Positions 1 through 14,061 of a stretch of 64,000 nt of DNA are shown here, piece by piece. The stretch comes from Takakia lepidozioides (taxonomy: Eukaryota > Plantae > Bryophyta): the NCBI GenBank assembly GCA_030704615.1, contig CM060731.1:48174001-48238000 (forward strand). Reading direction: 5' to 3'. Within the stretch, counting starts at the first letter, position 1. Each line of letters opens with the position of its first letter. The notes beneath the pieces were generated by a model that was given only the letters and a program-made list of their open reading frames with translations, did no database searches and was not told where the DNA came from. The translations under genes and the position numbers were made by a program.

Positions 1-3000
1 GGTGAATGACTTCCCGGTTTTTCCTAGCGTTTATGGAGGGGAATTGTCTGTGTGAGAGAGAGATCTAGAGAGGAGTGAGGTGCCTGTGTATGAGAGGGGC
101 AGAGGGAGAGGACATGAAGCCTTGCTGCAGAGTTGTGACATAAAGTTTGCAATGGCTTTGTGTGGGTATGGATACAGGAGAAGCCTGATGATTATGACAA
201 GCTGATGAAGAGATGACATTTGAGATGAGAGCACATGCTTCTGATCGACAGAAGACAGCAGAAGAGATCGCCAAAGATGAGCGCACCCGCTGGAAGATCT
301 GGAAGTAAGGAGTTGTGTCAGTTTGCATGTGGTCACTGGCTGTAACCTATTGGCAGACTGAAACACTTGGAGATTTCATGCTCATAATGTTGTCTCTGTG
401 TTTCTATTTCGCTATTGTAGGCAGAGTACCTGCTATGCTACAAAATGTTGAACCCCAAGATATAGCTCCTTTTACTCTGCTAGCAAATAAGATTTTTTTA
501 CAAAGTCAGAACTGAGAACTGTCTTTTCAAAAGAAGCTTATGAGCTGCTCCGACTTTCTTGCAGAAAAAACGTAAGAAACGGATGCTTGGGCAATCAGAT
601 TCTGACGAGGAGGCAAGCGAGGGAAGTGACCAATGAGAATGCAGGTTCGCAGCGCCAGAAAAGGAAAAGGGACCAAGATATCTGTGATGATTTGGGTGAG
701 AACTTTGTGATGGAGTGGATGAGTATCAAGAGAAAGGTGGGTGGATGAAGTGCTAGCTCAGAGGGGGAAGGAGCAAGAAGAGGAAGAATCAGGTGGTGAC
801 TTGGATTCTGGCGATGAATCCGGTGACGATGAAGATTTGCCTGATGATGAGGAGGAGTCGGATGGGGACAGTGATAAGGGTTCTGATGAGGAGAGCTATT
901 CAGAGGATGAGTGGGAGCAAAGTGATGATGAAGCTGCTGCACTAGATAATATTGTGCCGGAGAACTTTTCCAGGAAAGTGCCAAACAACAAGAACAATGA
1001 CCATTCAGCAAGCAAATCCGTAAGGGCTGGCAGAGAGCTGAAGGGAAAAGATGGCTTGTCAGATGAGGAAAAGCGGGGAAAAACAGGCCCAAAAAGGGCT
1101 CCAAAAGTTCCTGTTGAGGAAGTCCAAAATGTGGACAGCCTCCCATATGTGATTGATGCCCCACAGACACTGAAGGACTTTCAGCAGCTGATTGCTCATA
1201 AGAGGACCTTGCAGTTGCAGTACAAAGGATCCGAACTTGTAACGCAATTAGTTTGGCAGCTGAGAATCGAAGAAAAATGCAGGTTTGGCTTGTGTTTCCT
1301 TACTTTCTTGTTGCTGACATGGTACATGGCAGGGTCTGCATTGTGAACTCTTTAAGTTTGATTGACAGAGTGTGCCACTCAAGTGACAGATTCCTTACAA
1401 CAAACTCACCTCAATCTGGTTTTGTTTTACAGGTTTTCTACAGTGTGTTGCTTCAGTACTTCGCAGCCCTTGCTGGTGCTTGGTTTTGTGTAACTTAGTT
1501 GTTATGCCATGATAGAGATGAGTGCAGAGACACCCTATTTTGCTGCTGTCTGTGCACGCCAGCGCATTATCCGGATGCGGGGCCAACTTTCTGAAAAGCT
1601 AAAAGTTCAGGTGCAAGAAGGCAATCTCGAAGGGGGGCGCTCTTGCTGCTGGCTTGCTGACCATTTATTGTGATCGATTTTTAATATCACTGTGTGGGAA
1701 CTATGTTGCCATGAAGTCAGGGGTTTTTTCACCTCTCAATGAGACACTTAGGTTAAGGTTTAGTTGCAAGGGAAGGATTCATGGAATTTAGTTGAGCTCA
1801 AGGGGTGGAAGAGTGCCTGAGGATCAGTAACTTTAGCCAAAAGCTTGAAGCAGAAGCACTTTTGTTGTTGTGATTCTCGCAGAGGACATCAGTTGCTGGC
1901 CCTCCATGCGAACGCTGCTATTACTGAGACTTTGGTCTATGATATTTCCACCGTCTGATTTTCGGCATGGGGTTATGACACCTGCCATGCTCCTTATGGC
2001 TGAGTACTTGCTGCGATGCCCCATCAACTGTGGCCATGATATTGCTGTTGGCTCCTTCATCTGCTCCCTTCTTCTTTCGGTGATTTCTCTTTTTCACCCT
2101 TAGACAATCACTCGAACAATAGTTCTTTCTCTGACTCTGGTTTTCCTATTTTCTCTCATGTTTTCTTCCATTTTGTCCCATAAGCTCTATGAGCTTTCCG
2201 CGGACGTTATAAAGCACCATTTCATTTCATTTCATTTCTCTTACCTTTCAGCACCCTTATCTCCTTCCCTCCTGAGGGCATTGAGGCGGTTCAGGGTGGG
2301 TTCCACAACCTACGGATAGAGACTGGCAGATGGGAAAACCTGCAAGGGAGACCGCCCTTCAGGCGGGCCAGGAAATTGAACTGAAGAACACTTCTTCTTC
2401 TACTGCCCTCTATACTACGAGACCCGTGGGAGATTCCACTGTTTATTCAGTGGGACCTAAACTCTCACTGATGTCTTCCACTATGAGGATAAAAAATGCT
2501 TGGCGCCTACCTGCACGGCCTTCACCCTTAGACAATCGCTAGAACATTAGTTCTTATTCTTGGGTTCTGGATTTGTTCCTCTCTCATGTTTTCTTCCATT
2601 TTGTCCCATAAGCTCTATGAGCTTTCCGCGGACGTTATAAAGCACCATTTCATTTCATTTCTCTCTCTCTCTCACACACACACATTAGGAAATGATTATG
2701 AGTGGCATTCATGGCTTCAGTCTTGTATATAATGGAGTTCTTCTTTTCTTCTTTAAATGACTAAAGACTTTCCTCAAATTGCACTGGAGTTAGTGGAGTC
2801 AATCTAAGTGTGGAGTGCTCATTTGTTGGGTGATTGCAGTTTATGAGGCCAGCACAAAGATTCTGTCCAGAAGCTCTCAATTTTTTGCATGCTCTGTTAC
2901 TCTCGGAACTCAGCGAAGGCCACCTCCAACCTTACTCTTGTTAGTCCACCAGATTGCACACACTACCTCCTCACGGCTTCTTATTTATCGAATACGTAGA

Positions 3001-4514
3001 AGAGTATACTTCCTTGATGTTTGTACTGTTCCCTATGTTTTCCGCTTTGAAAGCTCTTCTTTACTATGTTATCTGAACTTTGGTTACCTCTCAAATGTGA
3101 GATCAGAGTTTTTCAAGAGTGTCACATTGGTGATAGGTTTTCCAATGAAAGGATGAAAAGCGGGTTAGTGGACTTCTATGCATTTCATCACATACTGAAG
3201 TATGTCTTTATCTGGCAGGAATGTCCTGCATATCTCATAGAGTTTGTGGCATCAAGGCCATGGCTGCTGCTGTCAAATTTAGAGTCCAAATCAGTGGAGC
3301 TGCAACCTCTGGACTTTGTTGGCCTGCTCACAGCAGATGACTCATCACCCATTTTTGAGTCCGATTCTTTCAGGTGAATATGTTGACACTTGAGCAGGCA
3401 GCGAGTGGTTGGGTTGTGTGCCTTGCTTTTCCATAACGAGGGTGATCCTGGGTTTAATCCTTCAACCACCAATGGGTCCGTCAGGCTGTGTGTAGTAGGC
3501 TCTGTAAATTTGCTTTACATGAGACAAACTCTATATTTTTTGTGTGTACCTTTCCCTCTGCAACTTTCCAGTATTTCAAGGTGCAAGGTGCCCTCTGTGC
3601 AAGCATCATCAAGAAACCCATAAAAAGCTCTCTGCAGGCCAGAACAGACTATGTTCTGAAAGGTTAGTACCTGGAGACCCTTCGGGGATATTAGACAGCC
3701 ACATTCTGCTGCACCCTCCCTCCATGTGTACTTTTCCCGCTCATGGAGTGAGATGAGAAGTCTTAATGCCATGTGGCTACACCATGTTGAGGTATCTATT
3801 TCCTGGGCGCACTTGTATATAAGTAGTAGAGTAACTGGTTTTCTCTATTGTGCAGGATTGGCATCCTACAGAGTGTTCTGCAGACACTGCAGGGTTTGTC
3901 AGCATCTACAAAGATCTCGTCTCCTTTCCTGAAGTGTTCTCCCCAATCCGTGCAGTAGTAGAGGCAATCTCAAGGGAGAGTGTGCTACCCAAAGGCTTGC
4001 TTACCTTGACCTTGCAGGTAACAGAGTCAATGACGGAGAAAATGAAAGAGCATGAGTTGCGCCAGCCTTTGCGCATGCGAATGCACAAGCCTGTGCCTAT
4101 CAAGCAGTTCAATCCGAGGTTTGAAGAGAAGTAAGTTCTATATGTGACCCTTATTCATTCATACTGGAATGACTTCACCTCATTGTATTATGTTTACAAT
4201 ATTTGGGCACACTTCAACACTTCATGACCCCAAGCATGTCCTACAGTTTTGCGCAAGGGAGGGACTATGATCCCGATCGCGAGAGAGCAGAGAAAAAGAA
4301 GCTGTTGCGGCAGCCAAAGCGAGAGGCCAAGGGTGCTGCCCGTGAGCTGCGGAAAGATAATTACTTTTTGGCTGAGGAAAGGGCTAAAGAGAGAACTGTA
4401 GCAGCGGAGGAACGTGATGAAAAGTACCGAAAGGCTATGTCATTTTTACAAGAGCAAGAATCTGCCTTCAAATCCGGGCAACTTGGTAAAGGAAGGAAAA
4501 AACGGAGACGATAG
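1..4514 (+). pseudogene. NOP14: Nucleolar protein 14 (Nop14) homologue, multi-exon, 5' end outside window; several apparent frameshifts
   Basis: Exon translations: acidic region then LPYVIDAPQTL (741-1200), AAENRRKMQ|VFYSVLLQYF, WPSMRTLLLLRLWSMIFPPSDFRHGVMTPA (1870-2080), RQPLRMRMHKPVPIKQFNPRFEE (3850-4130), DYDPDRERAE...REAKGAARELRKDNYFL...FLQEQESAFKSGQLG (4247-4514). The conserved reading changes frame near 290 (KTAEEIAKDERTR/LEDLE) and near 1200 (LIAH/DLAVAVQRIRTCNAISLAAENRR). Confidence 0.85.
2092..2672 (+). mobile_element. Two tandem 5'-truncated LINE 3' ends with (ATTTC)n tails inside a NOP14 intron
   Basis: About 150-bp direct repeat (2092-2240 and 2521-2662) ending ...ataagctctatgagctttccgcggacgttataaagcaccatttcatttc. 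Between the copies, a frameshifted RFRVGS/HNLRIETGRWENL resembles the C-terminus of RTE/RTEX-type LINE ORF2. Confidence 0.65.
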
Positions 4515-5819
4515 TGGAAGTGTTGTTTTACTAACTTAGTTACCCTGTTCCAAACAAAGCAAGCTATGTCATCTTCACTTTGCAAGAGGATTAAGTTGGG
4601 CTCCAGTTTACAATATGCAGTTCTGAAGGAAATTCAACTGGCTTCTCGCCAGAACAAAGCTCGAACGAACATCTTTTCTTGTCTGGATCTCCTGTGCAGA
4701 GCAGGTCAGGGCCGTCAACGAAGGGAAGGTGAGACTGTTTAGTTGCACAGAATGAATCCAGGAGTTCTAACACGACTGGGTAATCAACGTGGACCCAAAT
4801 CACCATCAATGTAACAATCCTTGTGCACAAGTGTGGGACTAAGTGTCAGTGGAGATTGCTGCTTACCTATTGCTGCAAGTCATGAGGTTTAATTTCATTG
4901 GCGTTCATGCTAGGGAGGCATGCTTAATGGCATGGTTCTAACACTCAAATATGGAACAAGCTGTTTCAGACATTAGGCTACAGGAAAGTCATTTAACTAT
5001 TGTATGATTGCAGGAATCTTTGAGCCCTTACAGTTAGATCTTGATGTGGTTATACTCCCTTATGTTTTCAATACCCATACATTGTGGGCATTCTCCAGTA
5101 CCTGCAAGAGCAGTTGTGTCAGGCTGTCGGAGTACAGTCGGCCCTCCATATGTGTTAATCTTTGGGAGTAAGAAAAACTGTAACACTAAGGATTGTAACA
5201 CTTTAACAGATACAAATTTAGGATCAATGAAAAGTAACATTTGTAAAGTTCATGTTAATAGAACTATGAGAAGGGAAAAGATGCCATCAGGGCTGATGAT
5301 CTAGGCAGTGAAGGCAGGAAGAAAGATTCTATGAGGGTCTGATGTGAATGTTAATAGGTAATAGTTAATAGCCACTTAATAGTTTCCTGCAGCTTTCACT
5401 TAATGTTTGTCCACTGGAGTCTCTATTATTAAGCTCCTCCATATAGTGTATGCCCACTTGAGCTGATAGAGACTTAACTTTGAGTGGATAAGAGCACTTT
5501 AACACATACACATGGTCATTATACAAAGAGGGGAGTAACACTTAAGAGCTAAACACTTGAAGCTTGCTTAGTTCACCCGAGTGGTTCGAAATTCAACGTT
5601 GGACGTAATACATCCCATTCACCGGAAAAAAGTGATTGCCATGGTATCCAGAATTCCAAAAAAGGGTGGGGTATGGTTTAGCCACTCATTGAGTGGAGGT
5701 GTGGGTCCAAAAGCCAAATAATTCAAATACTGTATTTACGGCTATACTCTTGCAGGCGACCTGCCAGACTAGGGAGTAAGAATTATGCTAACACATATAG
5801 TTTTTTAACGCTTATGGAG

Positions 5820-8800
5820 GTCACAGATATGGAGGGCTGACTGTAAGTTTGTCCCTACCACTGGCCGAAGTCATGAGATTACATCCCTGCTTGTTTGTTT
5901 TTGGGAGTCTTGGACCAAGTCCATGATGTCCGATATCCAAGGTTCTTGCCATGGTTACGGTAGTGTGTAGGTCATGCAGTATACTTTTGTTGGGATAGCT
6001 CAAACTACCATTCGAATCTTGTTTGTTCTTGTAGGTTTGTGAGCACTGTCGCAATTCTGGTGTTCCGGTATTTAAGAAAGGGATGAGTGTCAACCACCTC
6101 GACATTCAATAAAGACTGCAGCTGGCTGGTGTATTGCAAATTTTTACTGAAAACTGAACTCAAATGAGATGGCCAACAAAGCGCAAATCAGTCCTGATGG
6201 CGTGCTGACACTCCGTCTGGAAGATGCTTCGTGCAACAAGGAATACAATACAACTGCAATCCCTTCAAATGTTTTGAGGCATCACACCCTACCGCACATC
6301 ATTTCCTGGTAGTAACTAGTTCCGACTGTCTGCACTCTGAAGTCTTGAATTATCAGAAACGCGGATGTCTTCTGTCTTCTGTCTATGTACAGATCTCACA
6401 CTAAACATCACGTAGTTTTGGTCATATGCGAGAAATCTACCATCTCAATGACGTGCAGAGTATCATCACAGATCGATCTAGTTAGCTTCATGGAAAACTC
6501 GGGAAAGTTTCAGTTGCATTCCAACAGTTGGAAAAAAGAGCACCGCCTACAAGCCGCCGATGAGATTTGGTGCTTACTTTGCTGCTGCCTTTAGTGTTGC
6601 ATGGGTTTGACAAAATGCAGCACAACTTGACAATGAGATCCATCGTTATGCTGCTTTTCGGAGTGGCAATTGCACTTGCTTCATTGGAGGAACCCCCAGA
6701 GTTGGAATTTGCAATGAAGAGCGCAGGAAGCGTGGAGACTTCTGGTGTAGTTGTTCACAGAGAGGGGGTATGTGTGGTGCGAGAGGAAGTAGTCAGAGTG
6801 CGCTTCTGTGCGGATCTTTCTTTGAAGGACGTTGACATTGACGCCGGCGTTTTAAGGCATTTGAGCTGGTTGCGCATGGAGAATGTGAATGCCTTGCTTC
6901 CGGTATGAGTTCGTCCCATCTTACTGAGATTCTTCTCTGTAGAGAATGTTTGTGCCATGGGATTTAAGTACACAGTTCCATAACTGTCGATACGTCCTTC
7001 AACTGCAATGTTCAGGTGCGCTTGAAAACAATCTATGTCGCTTCCCAGCATAGGGTTACTTTTAGGGTGTGTGATTGGGAAAAGGAAGAGAGACGGTGCT
7101 GAGTCGAAAGCTAGAGAGATATCTACTCTTTAGACTTCCCTCTTGTTTCTGGTACAGACGATGCTGGTTTGGACATGCTGAAAAGTTGAGAGACGGAAAC
7201 TTTAGCAGATTAAAATAAGGCCATAACACATTATAATGTCCACATGAAGCTCAAAGAGTGGATTGGACTAGACTAAATGAATGCCAAACAAAGAAACCAC
7301 TAGAAAATACACGCGATGGAAGATGGGTACCTTGTGAAGCTAAGCATGTGTGGGCAGAGACAGTCTCTGTCACTCTTGTGGTCTCTGGGATGGGCCTGCC
7401 AGAGTCATCTGGACCCTTAGTTGTTATCAGGAATTGCACGGAAGGAAGTCAACCAACTAGCTGGGAATGATGAAGACAGCATGTTCACTGTTGCAATAAT
7501 TACATTGTCTAAGTCGATGCACAGCCATGGCTTTGTAATGCAGGGTGATGCAAATGGGCCTCTTGGAACACGGTTGGTGTTAAGCTTCAGGAATCAGCAT
7601 GCTTCAGGATCCAACACCAGTGGTACCACGATTTCTCAAATAATCAACACTGTTTCTCCTTCGGATCTAACCAAAGTAGAGTTATTGCTGAAACAAGTTG
7701 TTGGAGGAGCTGCTTTAGGTTGGGAACGAAATGGCCATGCATCACCGGATGATGTTACCGTTGGTGGACTGAAGGATATCAGAGAGGTACTGGACCTCGG
7801 AGGTGATTCAAACTGGGTCATTCATTGTCTCAGTGGCTGTGCAATAGTCATAGTTATGTCAATGTGTACCAGTATTGCACTGCATTTGCCTAATGCACTG
7901 AAGTTCTCACACGTGCATGTCCATCTGGCTTTGTTTCTCCCCTGGAGGCCTTTCTTTCTGCGCAGATCAAGTCCCCCTTGAAGAACATGGTGGTTCTCCC
8001 AGAGGGTGCAGGCCTTGGACTTGGAGAGGTTCTTCAACTATCATCATCATCTTTGAGGACTTTATCCCTGACCTCACCATCAAGAGCAAACAAAGTGGAG
8101 CAGGGGACTCCACTGTAGGATTTTGGCATTGGCTGCCTGGTTTTTTGAGCAATGGCAGACTGAGGAATGATGGATGGCCATCCTTCTTTCCTGTTTTAGG
8201 GCAACCAAAAGCACACCCCAATCTCGAGAGAAGGGGGTCCTATCTTACAACAATGGCTGGTTGGACAAGCGTCTATGTGGGCAAAGGAACTCTCCTCCTC
8301 GCTATGGCAGGTTGCCATTCCCCATATCTGATGCGAGTGATTGTCAACTGCTGATGTATGTATGAACTACTGCTGGCTTTAGAAATTTTCGTGCTCCTTC
8401 CCAATTCCATTCCTCCCTTTTGGTAAGAATTGACGATATATGGCCATGGGCAGCGTTTCAGTTGTTTGAATAGGGGTAGTATGTAAGGCCAGGTGGGGGC
8501 CAACTCAATGCTGTACTCTATAATGGTGAGATAAACAAAACCTTTATTATCTCTTACAGTCACATTGTGTGGATGTTGGCGAGCAGGTGCACCAGCGCAG
8601 CCTTAGCCTAGTCTCCAGTGATGGAGGCAAAGGCCTCTCTCTCTACTTCTGTGAATCAGCTCTTGCCAGCTCACCATCAAAATGGATAACAGAGTCCCAC
8701 AGGGCAACTGCAACCATTGAATCTTCCCAAGATATAAACTCTTTTGCTACAAAGCTCAGTGACTGCAAGAGCTCAGGAATGCTTGGAGGAAAGAAGGACA

Positions 8801-9500
8801 CTATGTACTTCAAGCTATGCAGCGGACCCTCGTGGGCAATGGTGCTCATCGACAATTACGATCAGTAGTAAATTTGGCACAACAATCAAGGGGTTTGGGG
8901 TTCAAGCTGGGCTTGCTATTTGTCAATGCTGAGAGGTTGCCTATTGGGGGTTGCTGTTGAGCTTTGTTTTTGCTGATCAATTTGAGCTACAAGGCCTTCA
9001 ACGGCGTCGTGGAGGTGAGTCTTGTTGAGTTGGATCACTTTCAGGATGGTGAGAAGGTCAGGGGTAAGGGAGACCGTTTTCGAGCTGGGCTGGTTAGTTC
9101 AGAAATCTGTAATAAGGGCTCTCTTATTTGGTGGTTGAGAAATGCGGCAGTTCCAATATAGTATTAGAAGTGTAGAGCGGCAAATTTAGACTGGTGCATT
9201 CTTCTGTGCATGGAGATTCTATTCCTCCTGGTCATACATTGCCATCATCAGGACATCTTACAGCACTGATTTGAGATCCATTTGTGGTTTTTGCAGTGTT
9301 TAAGAAGGCAATGAATTATGGGGACATCAATTTGGAGCAACCGGCTCTCCTATCGGGACAGTCAATTTTGGAGGTATATGTTTCTATGCATGGGACACTG
9401 AGCAACAGCAGTAACGGACTGGCATTATTGGAAGTGAGGTTATCCTCCTTTGCATGCTCGCTATCCGGTATACTGTTTAATTTCACCTCTCGCTTTCTGT
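5820..9500 (-). mobile_element. Possible highly decayed Ty1/copia-like relic
   Basis: Only faint motifs on the minus strand: VRDNKGF...IELAPTWPY (integrase-like, ~8480-8560), GCAFGCPKTGKKDG (~8180-8220), HRRLVGG (RT-like, ~6545-6565). No intact frame and no termini identified. Confidence 0.25.
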
Positions 9501-10877
9501 GGATGTTATGAAGTTTTCTCTCTCTCTCTCTCTCTCTCTCATGGTCCACAAGTCTACGGCAAACAACGTCTTATGAGTACAATCTCTCTCATGGTGCACA
9601 ATCATTTCAGTCGAAATTGGTTTCCATAGTCCTTAATCTCCAACTACCCTTCTCCTCATAGTCTGTTTCGCTGTGGATCACTACATTCTCTGATTTAATC
9701 GTGGTGTGTGTTTACAGCCTTTGAGTGTGGAAAGCCACGGTGTGGTACACATTCCAGCCCACACATGTTGTTTGTCGTTTGTCAACAAGGGGAAGTTGAT
9801 CATGGCACTGAAGAGACTCCCTGGGTATGGATACCAGTCGTTTGGGGAAACACGAGTGTTTCAACAACCACCCCAGAAGTGCTGGAATGGTTTGTTCCTG
9901 CCGGGAACCCTGCACATTTTGAGTATGTGGCCCGTTTCACGGCCATTGCTGCATTGATTGGTGTGTTGGTTATTTTTGCAGCATCTGCCTCCACAGATCG
10001 TGATATTTAATTATTTTTCAAGGTTAAGGCCTATATTGGCCATATATAGAAGTCTTTACTGGATTGTCTGATTCTTATTGTTGTGTGTCTCACTCTCTCT
10101 GGTGTGCATCTTCCATAATGGGTAACACAGGCCAACAGTACCAAGTTGAACTAAATCCAAAAATTAAGTTGCAATGGCCCTACTCTCCCTCTCTATCTTT
10201 GCTTTCTGCTCTATTTCTTTCTTTCAGTAACGGTGGAACAGAAAAAGCACTAGAGGAGCGCCGCGTGCTCTTTCTCTCTCTCGGTCAACTCCCTCAATTT
10301 GTCTCCCTTGACCTTTTGGCCTCCGTGTAATGCGTCTCACTTGAGTTTTCTCTATACTCCCTACACTTGAGGGCTCTTCTGAACCTCGATGCCATGTTAA
10401 CCACTTAAGGAACCAATGCTGTGATAAAATTTGATAGCATGCAGTTCTTTGTGCATAGTTGCACCACTGATTCTGAAAGATGATTGCAGGCACCTTCTAA
10501 ACTAACCTCCAGTCATGCAGATCGCAATCAAAAAAAAATTCTCCCGGCAGCCAACCTCCTTGTAAAGCTGGCTTGTGGGGACGTTGCATCTCAAGTACCC
10601 CTCCATTGCCCTGGCCAGCATTTGCAACTTACAGAGAATTTGTAAGTAGAGAGTGGACATTGCTCAGAGCTGATTTGTTAGGAGGTAGGAATGATCACAG
10701 CTCTCCAGGCCTGTTGGCTTGTGCAGGTAGTATAGCTTCGAGAGAGGGAGAGCGTCTGCTAACAAATGTTTTGAATCTTGTGGCCCCATGAAGACTTCCT
10801 TATCTTGCTGGCACATGAGTTTCCACAGGGTGAGCATGGTTGCATCGACTGCCATGGTGGATGCAAAGCTCCTCCAT

Positions 10878-12436
10878 CTAGCTGTACAATATCTGCTTGG
10901 TCCTTGGGTTCATGGCAGGGGTGAGTTGTTTCATGAGAATGTTGATGGGAACAAAGACGGCTGCCTCTGCGTTGCGTTGCACGCCAGCAGCAATCTGTGG
11001 AAAAGATGAGTTCACACATCGGTACAGGTTTTTGGTATTCTTGGTACTTGTCTCACTCTCTTCAAATGAGCTGTACTGTGGTTTGAAGTCTCTAACAGAG
11101 AGTGATGATATATGAATCCCTTTGAGATGGCCATTGTCGTCAACAATAACAGCCCCTGAGCAATCGGGAAAGGATCTGTAGTCTGCCACCACCTGCTTCC
11201 ATCCTGAGAAACAAATCTTGCCAGAGAAAACGGCTGGGAACTCTAGGCTCTCTTTTACAGATGGAGAGGGCGGTTTTTTGCTTGCACACTCTTTCAGCTT
11301 TGACAGAACTTCAATGTCGATCAGCTTTGGAAATCCAAAACAATGCACAGCATCACCAACAGAGATACCACTTGCTGGCTGTAGATATTTGGGAAAGTGC
11401 CATTGAAATGGAGGAAGAGGTGCTGCTATGAAGAGGTCCAATTCTTTGTTGTACACAGTGATCTTCGCTGGAAAGCATGGCTGTCTGTCATGATTGATAT
11501 ACTTGATATACACATCATACTTATCCGGTGACTTCCAGCCGTTGTATACACTGTGAAAAGCTCCTATGGATTCTCCATTAGCTCCCACCAGCCCCACCGT
11601 GCCTGTGCAATCCTCCAAGCAAATGTTCTCAAAACTCTTGGGAAGCACAAACACGCGACCAACATAAGGTATGACTCCCTCAACAAACAGATCCTCATAT
11701 CGGTTGTGCCATTCTCGAGGAGCTTTCTCTTTCATAGTACCTGAAAGACATCATTGCACTCTTTTACGAAAACAGTGCTGATACACCAACCTGCAGATCC
11801 AAATTTGCCAAGGGGCCCAAGGCAAGGAGAGAAATGAAATGAAATGGTGCTTTATAACGTCCACGGAAAGCTCATAGAGCTTATGGAGAGAGAGAGGGAG
11901 AGAATGCTGTCAAGTCTGACAGAGCTAGAGAAAAGCTCAAAGTTCAACAAACCCGATTATGTAAGTGATGGCCTCCTACCTATTCACAATCATAGCAGAA
12001 AATGACAACATTCTGGATGGGCTGTGGGAGCGAGGACCATGAACGGAAATCTCAGAAAGCCTTTGCTTCTTCCATGATGTATCATACAGGATTGGTGATG
12101 CCCGGACTACAAGCTTGGACCTTGCAATTTGTCGTCCTCGTCTGGGGAGAGAAACTCATCTCCGCGCAATACTTCCACGCACCAGTTCTTTGCAACCCCA
12201 CAGTTGTGCAGCCTCTCTCTCACCTCGCTAAACGTCGGAGATGCTTTGTTCCATTCAATCTTCTTGGTCTCTAGAGGCAGTTGTACCACTATTTCCAGCA
12301 TCTCTTTGGGAGATTCAATCTTCTTGGTCTCCGGAGGCAGTTGTACCTCTCTTTCCAGCATCTCTTTGGGAGATTCAATCTTCTTGGTCTCCAGAGGCAG
12401 TTGTACCTCTCTTTCCAGCATCTCTTTGGGAGACAC
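10878..12436 (-). CDS. Trypsin-like (PA clan) serine peptidase domain protein; last exon 10878-11740, probable upstream exon(s) near 12107-12436
   Basis: Triad-like motifs AFHSV (His), ELDLFI (Asp), FPDCSGAVIVDDNGHLKGIH (Ser), plus VGDAVHCFGFP. Splice acceptor tctttcag at 11741. Linkage to the upstream ORF is inferred. Confidence 0.65.
11829..11886 (-). mobile_element. Third copy of the (ATTTC)n-tailed LINE 3' end
   Basis: Reverse complement matches ccataagctctatgagctttccg.ggacgttataaagcaccatttcatttcatttctc seen at ~2180 and ~2607. Confidence 0.8.
12253..12433. repeat. Three tandem 60-bp repeats (20 aa ESPKEMLEREVQLPxETKKI on minus strand)
   Basis: Unit attcaatcttcttggtctc..gaggcagttgtacc.ct.tttccagcatctctttgggag present three times. 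Confidence 0.95.
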
Positions 12437-14061
12437 CTAGGCACGTCTATTTTCAACGATTCAGCCTTTCAGGACATCCCAAATTGATGAACATGAAGCT
12501 GCCTGCGAGTACCTCAGAAGGATTGCGTATGTTCTCCGTTTCGAGGATCGCGACGAGGAGGCACGCACGAGTGGGATTTGAGGAGTTGTAGAATGAAGAG
12601 CGTGACATCCGCTTGATTTTGGTTAACATTCATCGACCCCTTGGCCGTGGTGTTCAATGGGTCTAATTCCATCGCCAGCATGCGATCACAGAGAGATGAC
12701 TGCAAGAGCCCCTTCCCCTCGCAGGGACTGGGCGAGGGATTTTGCTGTAAGTGACTATGTGAGGTGCCAGAAAGGAGGCAGGGTACAGGTGGGTTGAGGT
12801 GAACAATGAGTCCATGTAGATGACAACTTGCATCCACACAGCCGGACAGATTGTCTGGACTGATGAAGCAGGCCCTTGCAGAGCCCACCAAATAAGGTTG
12901 AGGCTCAAGAAACCTTGTAGAAAGTAGCCTTACCTCCTTTATAGACTTTCTCATGGCCGTGGTGGAGCCTTGGAGAAGGAGGCCCCCACCGGCTCATCCC
13001 ACCTCATTGCAACACTCTAGAAGGATGGCCCACCCCCTCATTTATCCTACTTCTAGGCTCTCCTCTACACATGGCCTCACTTGTCAGCCATTCCAACACC
13101 GAGTGGCCTCCCTCCCCATCGGCCACTCCATTGCTCTCCCTTGGCTTCGACCTTCAGAAATAACCCCGGTCAAAATCCGGACTTCAAATTTGACGGCTTT
13201 TAGACGTTGCCAAGAGGGAGGGATTGTCCCAAAGGAAAATGAGTAGCAGGTCAGCACACAAAAACACTGATCTCTGAAGAACAATCATCAACAAGTTCTT
13301 AAGATGCCTCGGAGCTGCACAACTGTAGTTCAGTACCTGTGCTGTGCGTGGGAGGCAGGCAACTACAGCAAAATCGAGACCTCGGCGAGCACAGCAGAAT
13401 TCTCCACAAAGTGCCATGTTCAGCTGTGTCTTGGATGGGAGCCATCTATTCCAACCTGGAGAAATGGTCAACCACGACAGCAATCTCCAGAGAAATCCAT
13501 GGTCACACGTGCCCTGCATTGGAACCTTGTAGAGAAATTGGGAAGCACACCAGAATCCTTCAGAGATACCATGGTTGCAAGTGCCCGGCGTTGGATCCAT
13601 GCAGGCTCAAGACTGTCATTGACCTTCTACACCGGCAGAGACACAGCAGATTGACGTGCCAGGCTCTGGAGCTAAAATGGACATCCACCTCGGCCATGCC
13701 GGGCCCTGCAGAAGAGTCAAAGATCACCAGACTTCAGACACAAGAGCACAAAAGAGGACCGCTTGATGGAGGGTTGGTTGAACCCTCCCTGGATGAAAGC
13801 AGAGCTAGCTGCCACGATCGAAGGCGAAGCACAATTTGGTGACAGTTCTACCTTCTATCTACACAGCAATGGACCTTCAGGCCCAGAATACAGAGGGTAC
13901 ATGCCAAGGGTCCCATATCCAAACGGATAGAATTGGTATTTTTTATCCTCGAAGTGGTTGACTCGGATAGTTTTGTTATGCTGTTCATATGTAGAGGGAT
14001 CTTTCTTTGAAGCATTCATGGATTTCGAGGGCTTGTAACTGAGAGTTATGAGTCCTGCAGG

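Noticed and set aside
5300-5660. LTR end plus tRNA-Met PBS (ttgcca-tggtatccaga)
   Set aside because: Imperfect PBS; no second LTR or TSD found.
12253-12433. CRISPR-like array (also considered for 58768-59477)
   Set aside because: Head-to-tail repeats without unique spacers, no cas genes, eukaryotic context.
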